From Promethearchaeota archaeon (GTDB taxonomy: Archaea; Asgardarchaeota; Lokiarchaeia; Sigyniarchaeales; SOKP01): DNA of 64,000 nt. A model generated the notes under the pieces. It was not told where the DNA came from. It saw nothing but the letters and a program-made list of their open reading frames with translations, and did no database searches. The stretch is from contig JAEOTA010000018.1 in NCBI GenBank assembly GCA_016840085.1, positions 140,888-204,887 on the forward strand, written 5' to 3'. Shown here piece by piece: positions 10,130 to 20,672 of the stretch. Position numbers and translations under genes: made by a program. The number at the start of each line of letters is the position of its first letter. Positions within the stretch are counted from its first letter, which is position 1.

Positions 10130-11260
10130 ATGAACAAAGGTAATAGTATGAAATTAAAAGCGAAATTATTTGATAAATTAGATGATAAGAAAGTTAAATG
10201 TCATGTATGTGCTAATGAATGTAAAATCCTTCCCGATAAAGTTGGGATATGTAGAACAAGAAAGAATTTTGATGGAGAATTATACACGTTAATTTATGGT
10301 TCAATGATATCATCTGGTAGTTTAGATCCCATTGAGAAGAAGCCACTTTATAATTTCTGGCCTGGTGCTACAGCATATTCGATTGCATCAATTGGATGTT
10401 CTTTTAAGTGCCAGAATTGCCAGAATTGGTCGATAAGTCAAGCTAATCCTACAGATAACGGAAAAAAAGGTTTTTACGATTTAGAAGAATATAAAGGAAG
10501 AGGTATGTCTTTAGTTGAAATGACTCCTCAGCAATTGGAAAAGAGAGTGGTAAAAAGTGGAGCAAAAACACTTGCTTATACCTATAATGAACCTTTAATA
10601 TGGCATGAATGGATTCTAGATACTGTTCCTCTTCTAAAAAAGCATGATATTAAAACTATTTTAGTAACAAATGGATATTCAACGCCAGAGGCTTCAAAAG
10701 AGTTGGTTGAAGTAGGAATTGATGCTGCTAATATTGATATTAAGGCAATGTCAGATGAGTTTTATAAAAGAATTTGTGGGGTTCCATCTGTTCAACCTGT
10801 TTTAGATACAGCTAAATATTTTAAATCCAATGGCATGCATATTGAAATTACTAATTTAATCATCCCTGATTTGAATGATAGTAAAGAAGATATTAAAAAA
10901 TTATGTAGTTGGATTGTAGATAATTTAGGAAATAACACTCCTACTCATTTTTCTGCATACCATCCTGATTTTAAAATGCCTTCTACTAAAAGAACTCCAT
11001 ATGAAACTTTAAATATGGCATATAAAATTGCTAAAGATGCTGGGATTTATTTTCCTTATGTAGGAAATATTGCTCATGAGGAGGGAGGTAACACTTATTG
11101 TCCTAATTGCCACTATTTATTATTTGAAAGAAGAGGATATAGCTTCAAAAAAATAGATATTACTCATGAGAAAAAATGTCCTAACTGTAATTATGAATTA
11201 GATAATGATATAATTGGCGAAATAAATAAAAATTCTTCCCATCGATTTGCTTTCCTTTAA
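10130..11260 (+). CDS. amrS: AmmeMemoRadiSam system radical SAM enzyme
   Basis: DPIEKKPLY, CSFKCQNCQNW (CxxxCxxC), YTYNEP, and C-terminal CPNC pairs. Confidence 0.9.
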   Translation: MNKGNSMKLKAKLFDKLDDKKVKCHVCANECKILPDKVGICRTRKNFDGELYTLIYGSMISSGSLDPIEKKPLYNFWPGATAYSIASIGCSFKCQNCQNWSISQANPTDNGKKGFYDLEEYKGRGMSLVEMTPQQLEKRVVKSGAKTLAYTYNEPLIWHEWILDTVPLLKKHDIKTILVTNGYSTPEASKELVEVGIDAANIDIKAMSDEFYKRICGVPSVQPVLDTAKYFKSNGMHIEITNLIIPDLNDSKEDIKKLCSWIVDNLGNNTPTHFSAYHPDFKMPSTKRTPYETLNMAYKIAKDAGIYFPYVGNIAHEEGGNTYCPNCHYLLFERRGYSFKKIDITHEKKCPNCNYELDNDIIGEINKNSSHRFAFL

Positions 11261-11299
11261 AATTTTAAAGAAAAAAAATAAAACTTTATTTTATGATAA

Positions 11300-11962
11300 T
11301 TAGAATAGTCCTGTAATAGATATTCCAACTACTAAAAGTAAAAATCCTTGAATTAAACAGAGAACTGCAACAATAAAAGCAAAAGGAGGCCACGAGATTA
11401 TTTTTGAAGCAGTCATTAATCCTCCAATATAGAATTTCACCAAGATTGCTACTACTGCAAAAACTATGATAAATAATATTATGAAAAACCATTTTGGATC
11501 AAAATGAATTGCAATATGTTGGACAAGCACATCAGGAATTACTGAGGCTACTATTATTGCCACTGCGCTGGCAGCTAAAATTCCAACCACGCTAGCTATA
11601 GGTAAGTCATTTAAAGGTTTTAAAAATGTGAATACACCAATCACAATTAGAAAAATTGATGTAAAAATACTTCTACCATCTCCTATAAAAGCTACACTTG
11701 GTTTTACATCTAGAATTAAACCTCCTACACCAGAAAGAATACCAAAAATACCCACAATAAATCCTAAATAAGTTAATCCTTTCAAAAATTTAGTAACTTT
11801 AAGATCATAGTCTTCGGTTTTTCTTTTCTTGAAACCCCCTCTTCTTTTTGCTTCATATAATGCAAAGATAATCCAAATAACCCCAAGAACCAAAATAATA
11901 AAAGCAGCAAATTTAGCTAATGGTTCCAAAAAATTATCAGTAAAATCGAATTGAAAAATCAT
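11300..11962 (-). CDS. Membrane protein of unknown function
   Basis: 220 aa with about six hydrophobic segments; GGAGTGA SD-like element upstream. Confidence 0.7.
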   Translation of the reverse strand: MIFQFDFTDNFLEPLAKFAAFIILVLGVIWIIFALYEAKRRGGFKKRKTEDYDLKVTKFLKGLTYLGFIVGIFGILSGVGGLILDVKPSVAFIGDGRSIFTSIFLIVIGVFTFLKPLNDLPIASVVGILAASAVAIIVASVIPDVLVQHIAIHFDPKWFFIILFIIVFAVVAILVKFYIGGLMTASKIISWPPFAFIVAVLCLIQGFLLLVVGISITGLF

Positions 11963-12084
11963 ATGTTTTCACTCCTTAATTTAGAAATTATTATATTATT
12001 ATGTTGAAGATTATTTAATAAATATATTAAATTAATGAAGTCCAGTTTTTAATATTAACAAATACAGTATTAGAGAATTATATT

Positions 12085-13779
12085 TTATTTTATAAATGAC
12101 ACAGTCTTAGAAACATAATCCAAATAATCTTGGATTTCATTTTTTATTTTATCTTCTCTCCAAGAATATTCTTTTGCTATAATGTCTGCTACATTTTTGG
12201 CAGCTTTAGAGGCTTTTTTATGACTTATCCAAAGAGACATTTCAGTTCTTCGACAAAACATATCAATTAAATGTGGAGTCATTTCATAACGTAAACAATA
12301 AATAATTTCTGCATGAATAAAATTATTTTCATCTATAATTCTCTCTTTAAGGGTTTCATCTTCTTTTATAAGTTCAAGGATCTTTATTGCTCCCCTACCA
12401 TATTGTTGATATAAATGGTCAGCAATATCTCCATCTAAGCTTATACCAGAATTTTTAAATAATGAAAGCCATTCTTCTTTTTCAAGTCCTATTACAAATT
12501 TTTGTCTTGAAAAATGTTTTTCTCTTTTAATATTAGGAAATATATTCTTTTCGTCTATTTTATTAAATAAATCTTCAGCCATGGCTCTCCATTCTGTTAA
12601 CTTACCACCTGAAATGGTTAAGAGTCCATCATCAGAGAAAAAGATAGTATGAATTCGAGAAACATCACTCTCAGATTTACCTTTTTGCATTACTAATGGT
12701 CTGATTCCCGCATAAGTAGAAAGAATATTATTATAACTTAATTCTGCATTTGGAAAGAAATATTTAGTAGATTTAATTAAATAATCCGCATCTTCCTTCG
12801 TGCAAAAAGGATTAGCTAAATCACCCTGATAATCAGTGTCAGTTGTTCCAATTATGGTATAATCTCTATCACGAGGTAAAACAAAAAAAATCCTTCGATC
12901 TATGATAGAGTACAATGCATCAGCCATTCTGTTATTTATATGCTCTCGTTTATATTGTAAATGAACACCTTTTGTGGGTCGTATTAAAGGTCTGGGGATA
13001 TCTTCAGGATATTGATCCAATAATTCATCTGTCCAAATTCCTGTTGCATTTACAACTAAAGTTCCGCTAATTTCAAAATGGTTATTATTTTCAAGATCTT
13101 TGCACTTGACACCTGTGATTTTACCATCATCTTTAACATACCCAATAACTTTACAATAATTAATAGCATCAGTACCTCTTATTACTGCTTCTTTCAATAT
13201 TTCAATTGTTAGTCTAGCGTCATCAATATTCGTATCATAGTATACAGTACCTCCTAAATTCCCTTCTCTTAAAAATTCAGGTTCCATTTCGAAAATTTCT
13301 TCGGGAGAATGCCATTTATATTTTTTAAAATTTTTGAATTCTGATTTATCATCACTTAAAAAGTCATAGATCTTAACTGCCGATATTAATTCTCTCTTTT
13401 TATACTTTCCTCCTTCAAAATAAGGTAGATAGAATGGAATAGGTCTAACTAAGTGAGGAATATGATGCCGCATCCAATTTCTTTCTCTAGTAGCTTCTCT
13501 AACTAAATCCATTTCTCCATAAGTTAGATATCTCAAGCCACCATGAGCCATTTTTGAACTTCGTGAAGAAGTACCTGAAGCAAAATCTTGCATATCAACA
13601 ATAGCACCTTTTAGACCTCTCATAGCAGCTTCTCTTGCTATGCCTGCTCCTGTGATTCCCACTCCTATTACTATAATGTCATAATGAGATTTTTTTAATC
13701 TTTCAATTATATTATTACGATTTTTATAGGTCCATGTTTGATCAAATAATTTTTCAACTAAATCAGCCATTGCAATCAA
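12085..13779 (-). CDS. glpD: FAD-dependent glycerol-3-phosphate dehydrogenase/oxidase
   Basis: G.GITGAGIA, DFASGTSSRSSKMAHGGLRYL, DDARL, NATG.W, GTTD, AGIRPL and GGKLT motifs. Confidence 0.9.
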   Translation of the reverse strand: MIAMADLVEKLFDQTWTYKNRNNIIERLKKSHYDIIVIGVGITGAGIAREAAMRGLKGAIVDMQDFASGTSSRSSKMAHGGLRYLTYGEMDLVREATRERNWMRHHIPHLVRPIPFYLPYFEGGKYKKRELISAVKIYDFLSDDKSEFKNFKKYKWHSPEEIFEMEPEFLREGNLGGTVYYDTNIDDARLTIEILKEAVIRGTDAINYCKVIGYVKDDGKITGVKCKDLENNNHFEISGTLVVNATGIWTDELLDQYPEDIPRPLIRPTKGVHLQYKREHINNRMADALYSIIDRRIFFVLPRDRDYTIIGTTDTDYQGDLANPFCTKEDADYLIKSTKYFFPNAELSYNNILSTYAGIRPLVMQKGKSESDVSRIHTIFFSDDGLLTISGGKLTEWRAMAEDLFNKIDEKNIFPNIKREKHFSRQKFVIGLEKEEWLSLFKNSGISLDGDIADHLYQQYGRGAIKILELIKEDETLKERIIDENNFIHAEIIYCLRYEMTPHLIDMFCRRTEMSLWISHKKASKAAKNVADIIAKEYSWREDKIKNEIQDYLDYVSKTVSFIK

Positions 13780-13991
13780 ATTTTAAAGTGAATATTATGT
13801 AATTAAAGTTACTTAGAATGCATAACTAGTAAAAAATGAGAGAATTATACATCTCGACAATAATTCTTTTCATAAAGTAAAGAGATGTTATATTTATAAT
13901 AACGAAATTTGGCACTTATAATAAAGTTTATAATAAAGTTCTTTTATAACAATAGAAGTTATAACAACCATTTTTTTCTATCTATAGAAAG

Positions 13992-14375
13992 TTGATAAAA
14001 CCTATGAAAGAAAAGGGAGTCCTTATTGTGGATGATGCTCGATTTGTAAGAAATAAGCTTAAACAGATTATTGAAAAACTTCCTTCTGTTAAAGTAGTCG
14101 GAGAAGCTTCAAATGGGGAGGAAGCAGTATCTTTATATAAAGATTTAAAACCAGATTTAGTTACAATGGATTTAGTTATGCCGAACATAGATGGTATAAA
14201 AGCAATAGAAAAAATAATGAATTTTGATGAAAAAGCTAATATTCTAGTTGTTTCAGCAATGGGACAAGAAGCTTCGGTCCTTGAAGCTACAGAAAAAGGC
14301 GCAAAAGATTTTATTAAAAAACCTTTTAAAGGTGATCAAGTTTCTAAGGTAATAGAAAGATTATTAAGAAATTAA
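13992..14375 (+). CDS. CheY-like single-domain response regulator
   Basis: VDD, MDLVMP..DG, SA and KPF receiver motifs. Confidence 0.9.
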   Translation: MIKPMKEKGVLIVDDARFVRNKLKQIIEKLPSVKVVGEASNGEEAVSLYKDLKPDLVTMDLVMPNIDGIKAIEKIMNFDEKANILVVSAMGQEASVLEATEKGAKDFIKKPFKGDQVSKVIERLLRN

Positions 14376-14462
14376 TTAATTATTTTAAAGAATTTTTTTC
14401 TAAACTTCTTAAAGATTAATGAAATTATAAGATTTTAGCATTTTTTCATTATTTTCAGGACA

Positions 14463-15440
14463 CTAAATCTCTAAAAGCTTCTTTAAAATTAAGGGCATTG
14501 AATAAACATCATAGTAATTATGTTCAATACATTCTTTTACTAATCCGATATATCTTTCAGGCTTTTTTAGATATTTTTTATAGCATAAAGGTACCATACT
14601 TCCAGGAAGCTCATTTTCCCGTTTCAGATTTAATAATTGTTCTTCTATGTTTGTAAGTGTATACCTATTAATAATTCCTCTAATCCTTCGACGACAAATA
14701 TGATAAAGATCAATATGATGATATTTTGAGTTACTAATCATGTAAGGAATATCTCTTTCAGAAATCATAGGATTTTCATCAAAATAATAGAGAAATCGAG
14801 AAGAAAGAACGGGAATATCAAATGATTTGCCATTATATGACACAAAACATTTGAAATTGGGAAGAATCTTATTTTTAAAATGCTCACATATTGCAATTTC
14901 CTCTTCTAAATTTCGGGCAAAAAAAAGATGAACTTCATATTTCTGATTTTTAAAAAATCCAATCCCTAAAATTATTATAGTGTTATCATATATTCCTAGA
15001 GTTTCAATATCTAAAAATAGTAAATCTTCAACATGGAAGCAAAAACTTACATCTAAATCATCAATATATCTATTTTTCTTAAGAGCTCTAAAATCTTTTT
15101 TGTTTATTAAGTCTAATATGCGATTAGCACTAAGCCCAAACCTTAAATTTAAAAACTTTAAATCTTTAAGAGTTTTAATTCCTCGTCTTTTTAAACGATC
15201 CTCAACATATTCTCCAATGTCATGTACAATTTTAAGATTATAAAAGAGCTTTTTCTTTGTTATATACAGATTTAAATAACAAGGATAACTATCTTCCTGC
15301 CAAATTAATTCTACAAATTCACCATAAGAGTTTTTGATAATTTGATGATTTTGAAATATTTCTTCGATTTTTTTACCTCGATATCGGTTTATTACTTCTG
15401 TAATATCAAAATCTTGAATGCCATAATAATTCATTGTCAA
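14463..15440 (-). CDS. YprB-like RNase H-fold (DEDD) nuclease
   Basis: LDIETLG, SYNGKSFD.P, HIDLYH and HN..DV motifs. Confidence 0.85.
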   Translation of the reverse strand: MTMNYYGIQDFDITEVINRYRGKKIEEIFQNHQIIKNSYGEFVELIWQEDSYPCYLNLYITKKKLFYNLKIVHDIGEYVEDRLKRRGIKTLKDLKFLNLRFGLSANRILDLINKKDFRALKKNRYIDDLDVSFCFHVEDLLFLDIETLGIYDNTIIILGIGFFKNQKYEVHLFFARNLEEEIAICEHFKNKILPNFKCFVSYNGKSFDIPVLSSRFLYYFDENPMISERDIPYMISNSKYHHIDLYHICRRRIRGIINRYTLTNIEEQLLNLKRENELPGSMVPLCYKKYLKKPERYIGLVKECIEHNYYDVYSMPLILKKLLEI

Positions 15441-15556
15441 TAATATTAGTTCAAAGTATTTAATAACCTATTCTCTTGAGATTTATAATAATACAAATGA
15501 GATTTTTAAAAGAAGTAGTAGAAAATATAATTTTTTAGTAGAGAAATATCAATCAA

Positions 15557-16891
15557 TTAATAGTCAATTCTAGGAATTGTATCTTCTGTTTCTCTTCGAG
15601 TTGGTTTATATTTGAAAAATCTTCTAGATTCACTATCCTCCAATACATAATTCGACCCTCCACCATGCAGCATGCAATAGGGGTCTAATAAACCTATTTC
15701 ATTTGCATACTGTCGGGTAAATCCACGTCCACCTAAAGTTCTGAAACAATGGATTGCACTTTCAAAGCCAAGTTCTGTAGAACTAATTTTCAAACCCATT
15801 GCATTAGCTGCCATTAATTTTGAACTTCCTGACTCTGGATATTCATCCATTTTTCTTGCATATTGAATCAATGCCGAAAATAACAAGTTTAATTCTCGAA
15901 TTTTTTTAGAAATAGGAAAACGAATCACTTGATATTGATGAAGTCTTTTATCAAATTGCATTCGTTGAAGAGCATAAGCATGAGAATATAGTAATTTTTT
16001 CATAGCATCTCCAAGAGCTTCGGCACTAATAACCAATCGTTCTTCAGTAAGTTGGTGAAAAGCGATATCCAGTCCATGACCATGAAGTAAGTTTTCTTTT
16101 GGTATTTCTACTCTATCAAAGATTAAACGACTCACAAAAGCATCCGTCATACCGTAAGTTCTTACTCTAGCACTTCTAAAATTCTTTAATTGCTGATTTT
16201 CAGTATCAACTACCGTTGCACCCAATTGTCCATTATCCAATCTCCCATATAAAACTATGAAATCAGCAATCATTCCATTTGTAATGAATAACTTCTTACC
16301 TTTTGCAATTAATTTATTATCCTTTTCATATAATCTTAGTTCCATACTAAAGATATCAGAGCCAGCATTAAATTCTGTCATTCCTGAAGCTCCAATTTGA
16401 CCATCTTTGGCAACAGGGACTAAAAATTTCTCTTTTTGCATATTATCAGAAGCATAATTAACGGGATTACAATAAAGCGTTCCGCCAGATAATCTTCCCA
16501 TCTCAATACTATAATTTCCCGCTATATATCTTTCACTATATTCACTCCATCGTCCTCCACAAAGAGCATATGCAATAAGAGCATTTCTTGTAATTCTACC
16601 AATTTCATATTCCTCTGTATTAAGTACTGTAGAGTAATATCCCTTATCAGCTAATTTTTTCATTATTGCAATAACAATTTCTTTTTTCTTCTCCTGAGTT
16701 GGTTCCTCTACAAAATAATTTAAACTCTCTAATTTTCTTAACTCAGGATCTAGTTCTTTTTCCATAAAATCATATAATTCGGCCAAAAACTCTTTTTCTT
16801 TATCATTCAGAACTGGATTATTTAATAAATCTAATTCGGGAACGTATCTTTGGATTCGGATGGGTTCAAACTCAGAAATTCTCGTGTCCAT
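15557..16891 (-). CDS. Acyl-CoA dehydrogenase
   Basis: MTE..AGSD, G.K.FITNG, ERL, R.QF...L..YQ and LGGRGF motifs. Confidence 0.9.
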   Translation of the reverse strand: MDTRISEFEPIRIQRYVPELDLLNNPVLNDKEKEFLAELYDFMEKELDPELRKLESLNYFVEEPTQEKKKEIVIAIMKKLADKGYYSTVLNTEEYEIGRITRNALIAYALCGGRWSEYSERYIAGNYSIEMGRLSGGTLYCNPVNYASDNMQKEKFLVPVAKDGQIGASGMTEFNAGSDIFSMELRLYEKDNKLIAKGKKLFITNGMIADFIVLYGRLDNGQLGATVVDTENQQLKNFRSARVRTYGMTDAFVSRLIFDRVEIPKENLLHGHGLDIAFHQLTEERLVISAEALGDAMKKLLYSHAYALQRMQFDKRLHQYQVIRFPISKKIRELNLLFSALIQYARKMDEYPESGSSKLMAANAMGLKISSTELGFESAIHCFRTLGGRGFTRQYANEIGLLDPYCMLHGGGSNYVLEDSESRRFFKYKPTRRETEDTIPRIDY

Positions 16892-17199
16892 TTTATTTCA
16901 TCAAACTCATTTTAAAAAATAAGAATTTTTACAATATTATTTAAATCTGAATTTAAAATAAAACTTTACCTTAATTATCAATTCGTTTAGTTAAGCTACA
17001 AATTTAATAAAAAACATTCATGAAGTTCATTTCGAAATTCTCTTTTAATTTAAAATAGGATTATTTTCCCATTCCTAATCATTAATCTTAATTAGAAATC
17101 TTTTAATCAAAATAAAACATAAGAATAAAATATCAAATTTAGTAGAAAACTAAATTCTAAATATAAATTAAATTTAAAATTTTAAAAAGTGAAAGCAAT

Positions 17200-18621
17200 A
17201 TGATTAAATTTAGCGATAAACAATTAAAAATCCCCAAATTAATGCGACCAGTATATTTAGTAACAGTGGGAATGTCAAAGTTTGATCGTGCATTTCCTGA
17301 AACTCGAACAGAAGAATTATGTATTCAAGCATTAACGGCCGCAGCAGATTTCGTCAAAATGACCCCTAGCGAGTTAAAACAATATATTCATACTTGTTAT
17401 TATGGTCATTTTGCTGATCACTTCGGGGATCAATTACTAGGAGAAGCTGTAATTCATGATAGACTGGGTCTAGATCCACTAGGAAACATCGGAATAAAGA
17501 CAGGTGGAGCTACAGGTGGTTCTGCTATGTGGGAAGCTGTTAAAGCTGTTGCTTCTGGATATAGCGATTGTGCTCTTGCTCTAGGGTGGGAGAGAATGGA
17601 TGAAGTGCCTACAGATGAAGGTAATCACCTCATTTCCTGTGCTGCAGATAAAGATTGGGAAACACCGCTTGGACATATGTATACAGGTTATTATGCTGTC
17701 ATGGCTCAGAGATACTGGAAAATTTTTGGAAAAGAAGAAGATTCATTTAGAAATACTATGGCAGAAATAGCAGTTAAAAATCGAGGGTATGCTAGAATGA
17801 ATCCTTATGCCCACGGACCGATGAAGATAACTGTAGAAGATGTGATTAACTCTCCCATAGTCGCATATCCTCTTCGTGCTTTAGATTGTTGTTTAATGAG
17901 CGTTGGATCGGCGTGTGGAATAGTATGTGATGAAAAAACAGCATATGAAATCACAGATAAACCACTTAGGATTTATATAGCAGCTGGGAGTCATACTTTG
18001 AGAGTCGCAGATCGTCGTGATATGAAGATACCTCTATTGCCTAATGAAACAAATAACTATTACGAAGACTTGGGGAAAAGATTTCCTGGTGGAGATCGCT
18101 ATCCCGGGTTCACAAGCTTTTTAGCAGCAAGGATATCTGCTTATTATGCGTATCATATGTCTGGTGTTGTTGATCCTAGTGAAGATCTTGATTTAGTTGA
18201 ACTTCATGATGCATTTACTATTAGCGATATTCAAACATATGAAGACATTGGAATAAGACCTTACGGTGAGGGAAGAACTTATATTGAGAGTGGAGATGCA
18301 TATGTTATTAATCCAAATACTAAAAAACCAGGAAAATTAGCTAGCAATCCAAGTGGTGGTTTAATAGGGTGTATGCATGCTGTAGGAGCAACGGGACTTA
18401 TGCAGATTGCTGAGATTGGATACCATATTTGGAAACGATGGGATGAAATCCATGAGCCTGAGGAGAAATGGAAAACTTTTGGAAGGAAAAAACCAAAAGA
18501 TTGGGAGAGTTTACAAGTTAAAGGAGCAAAAAGAGGATTAGCTATAAGCCATGCAGGTGTAGGATCTCATGTAACTTGTACTATTTTGATGGATCCAAAT
18601 AATTTAATAAAGGAGGATTAA
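17200..18621 (+). CDS. Thiolase-fold protein (SCP-x type, lacks the N-terminal nucleophile Cys)
   Basis: KTGGATGG at the ACASG position; ELHDAF and NPSGG..G..HAVGATG motifs. Confidence 0.9.
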   Translation: MIKFSDKQLKIPKLMRPVYLVTVGMSKFDRAFPETRTEELCIQALTAAADFVKMTPSELKQYIHTCYYGHFADHFGDQLLGEAVIHDRLGLDPLGNIGIKTGGATGGSAMWEAVKAVASGYSDCALALGWERMDEVPTDEGNHLISCAADKDWETPLGHMYTGYYAVMAQRYWKIFGKEEDSFRNTMAEIAVKNRGYARMNPYAHGPMKITVEDVINSPIVAYPLRALDCCLMSVGSACGIVCDEKTAYEITDKPLRIYIAAGSHTLRVADRRDMKIPLLPNETNNYYEDLGKRFPGGDRYPGFTSFLAARISAYYAYHMSGVVDPSEDLDLVELHDAFTISDIQTYEDIGIRPYGEGRTYIESGDAYVINPNTKKPGKLASNPSGGLIGCMHAVGATGLMQIAEIGYHIWKRWDEIHEPEEKWKTFGRKKPKDWESLQVKGAKRGLAISHAGVGSHVTCTILMDPNNLIKED

Positions 18622-18623
18622 TA

Positions 18624-19226
18624 ATGGTAAAAAAAGATGATGAAAAGGGTTTTGTTGATATAATCAATGGTAGATATAAACCAAGGGGTATTTTCCACAT
18701 TTCAGAGGCAAATCAGCCAATTTTCAATAAAGATATAGGAAAACTAGCAGGTGTAACAAATCCTAGAGATATGACCTATATTCACTCTTATGGTGGTGAA
18801 GCTATATTTTTTGAATCTCTTGGGAAGGGTAAACTCATGGCTTCAAGATGTGATAACGATAAGTGCGACTCAAAAGGTTCTATCTTTGAACCTTTCAGAA
18901 TTTTTTGTCCTGACTGCTTAAGAAAAGCTACTCCAATTGATATAACCGAAAAAGCTCGAAAAATTGCAAGAATCCATTCCTTTATTGTGACTCATCGATC
19001 TGGGGCTTTTAATACACTTCCCAAACCAATAAAATTCATTAATGTCGAATTTGATGAAGAAGTGGTCACAATTCTTATGAGCATTCTAGCAGTTGGAGAA
19101 CCGGAAATTGGGAAAAAAGTTATTCCGATTTTTCGAACGAAAAGTCCAACTTACACGATTATGGACCTAATGTTTGTCTTAGAAGGAACAAAGGAATTAG
19201 AATTACCTGAAGGATTTACTTTTTAA
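18624..19226 (+). CDS. DUF35 Zn-ribbon/OB-fold thiolase partner
   Basis: CxxxxC..CPDC followed by an OB-like region; 2 nt downstream of the thiolase. Confidence 0.85.
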   Translation: MVKKDDEKGFVDIINGRYKPRGIFHISEANQPIFNKDIGKLAGVTNPRDMTYIHSYGGEAIFFESLGKGKLMASRCDNDKCDSKGSIFEPFRIFCPDCLRKATPIDITEKARKIARIHSFIVTHRSGAFNTLPKPIKFINVEFDEEVVTILMSILAVGEPEIGKKVIPIFRTKSPTYTIMDLMFVLEGTKELELPEGFTF

Positions 19227-19348
19227 TTTTGAAAACTTTTTTTTTCTATTCTATTATATTTCTCTAACTTTATAGTTTTTAGAGACAATGTGATTTTACT
19301 TTAAAATAATAAAGGGTAAAAAAAGATTAAATTATGAATTAATATATC

Positions 19349-20224
19349 TTACTGAAGCAGATTGAAGAGCTTACGGGCTTCTTCTGGAGTTGCTACTTCC
19401 CTTCCAGCTAGTGCTGCAACTTTTGCAGCCCATTCTACCTGTTCCCATGATCCTTTAGCTAGACAACCATCAGGAACGCGAATATTATCTTCCAAACCAA
19501 CTCGAATGTGTCCTTCCATTGCTGCTGCGCATAATCCAGCTCTAAATTGATCTTTAGCTACTCCACATACACTCCATGAGGATTCAGGAGGGCTCAGATT
19601 GAGTAAACCTGCTAAATTTTGGTAAGAAAAAGGAATACCACCCAACACACCGAAAACAAATTGAAAATGAAGAGGTCGGTCAAATAAGTCTTGTTTTTTA
19701 TTAAGAAATAATATGTTATACAATCCTCCAAAATCATATACCTCAATCTCAGGTTTGGTTTTAGCTTTTTTCATTTCTTTTAAAAGAACTTGAATTGTTT
19801 GAAAAGTATTTCTAAAAATTCCATCAGGGTTTGCCATTATTTCCCCTGTTTTAAAATTACCTATACTATAATTCATTGAATTAGTATTTAATGAGGAAAT
19901 CAATGGTTTAAAAGTCTTGGTAGGAGCAACTCTTTGCTCAAGTGTGATTCCTGTCGAGCTGGTAATATTTATTATAATCTCAGGAGCTTTTTCATGAATG
20001 TTGTCTATCACTGCTTTTATTTTATCCAAATCAGCAGTAGGGAATCCTGTTTCAGGATCTCTTGCATGGATATGTACAACTGCAGCTCCAGCATCATAAC
20101 ATTTTTTTGCCTCATCTCCAAACTCTTCAGGAGTATAAGGAACAGCAGGATTTTGTTCTTTCCTAGTGAAAGCTCCCGCAAGAGCAGCACTTATTACTAA
20201 TTTATTTGATAAATCTTCTGACAT
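19349..20224 (-). CDS. Beta-keto acid cleavage enzyme (BKACE/Kce, DUF849)
   Basis: AGAAVVHIHARD, KPEIEVYD and HIRVGLEDN motifs. Confidence 0.92.
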   Translation of the reverse strand: MSEDLSNKLVISAALAGAFTRKEQNPAVPYTPEEFGDEAKKCYDAGAAVVHIHARDPETGFPTADLDKIKAVIDNIHEKAPEIIINITSSTGITLEQRVAPTKTFKPLISSLNTNSMNYSIGNFKTGEIMANPDGIFRNTFQTIQVLLKEMKKAKTKPEIEVYDFGGLYNILFLNKKQDLFDRPLHFQFVFGVLGGIPFSYQNLAGLLNLSPPESSWSVCGVAKDQFRAGLCAAAMEGHIRVGLEDNIRVPDGCLAKGSWEQVEWAAKVAALAGREVATPEEARKLFNLLQ

Positions 20225-20315
20225 TATTCAATCACACTAACATTTGGTTTGTATTGCTAAATTTAATATTTAAAAATTAAAATACTATTTCTTACTAAAA
20301 TTTAACTATTAAAAA

Positions 20316-20563
20316 ATGGAGAGAGACGAGAAAATGATTGGAAACAAGTTGTAACATCGGAAATAATTAAGTTGTTTACTCTAGCCCCACTCATTGCGCA
20401 TAGTGAGAAATTAAGACTTCCCAAGGTTATAGCATTAATTGATATTGAAGAAACAACCAGCATAATGTTAGGAATAGTAAAAACTAAAGATTATAAAAAA
20501 GGTTTCACTTGTGTAAAAGTAAAAGTAGTTCTTAGATCTAAGGACAAAAGAGAAAGAATTTAA
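20316..20563 (+). pseudogene. Degenerate DUF35 OB-fold fragment
   Basis: Open frame reads ...NDWKQVVTSEIIKLFT...PKVIALIDIE...VKVKVVLR, resembling the DUF35 C-half; the Zn ribbon and a convincing start are absent. Confidence 0.5.
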
Positions 20564-20672
20564 AAATATATACTATTTTGAGAATAAATTAAATCATATT
20601 TTATTTTTATATTGAACTACTCTTTTAAAATTAAAAAATAAAAAAAAGTAAGTAATTTATACACATTTTCTA

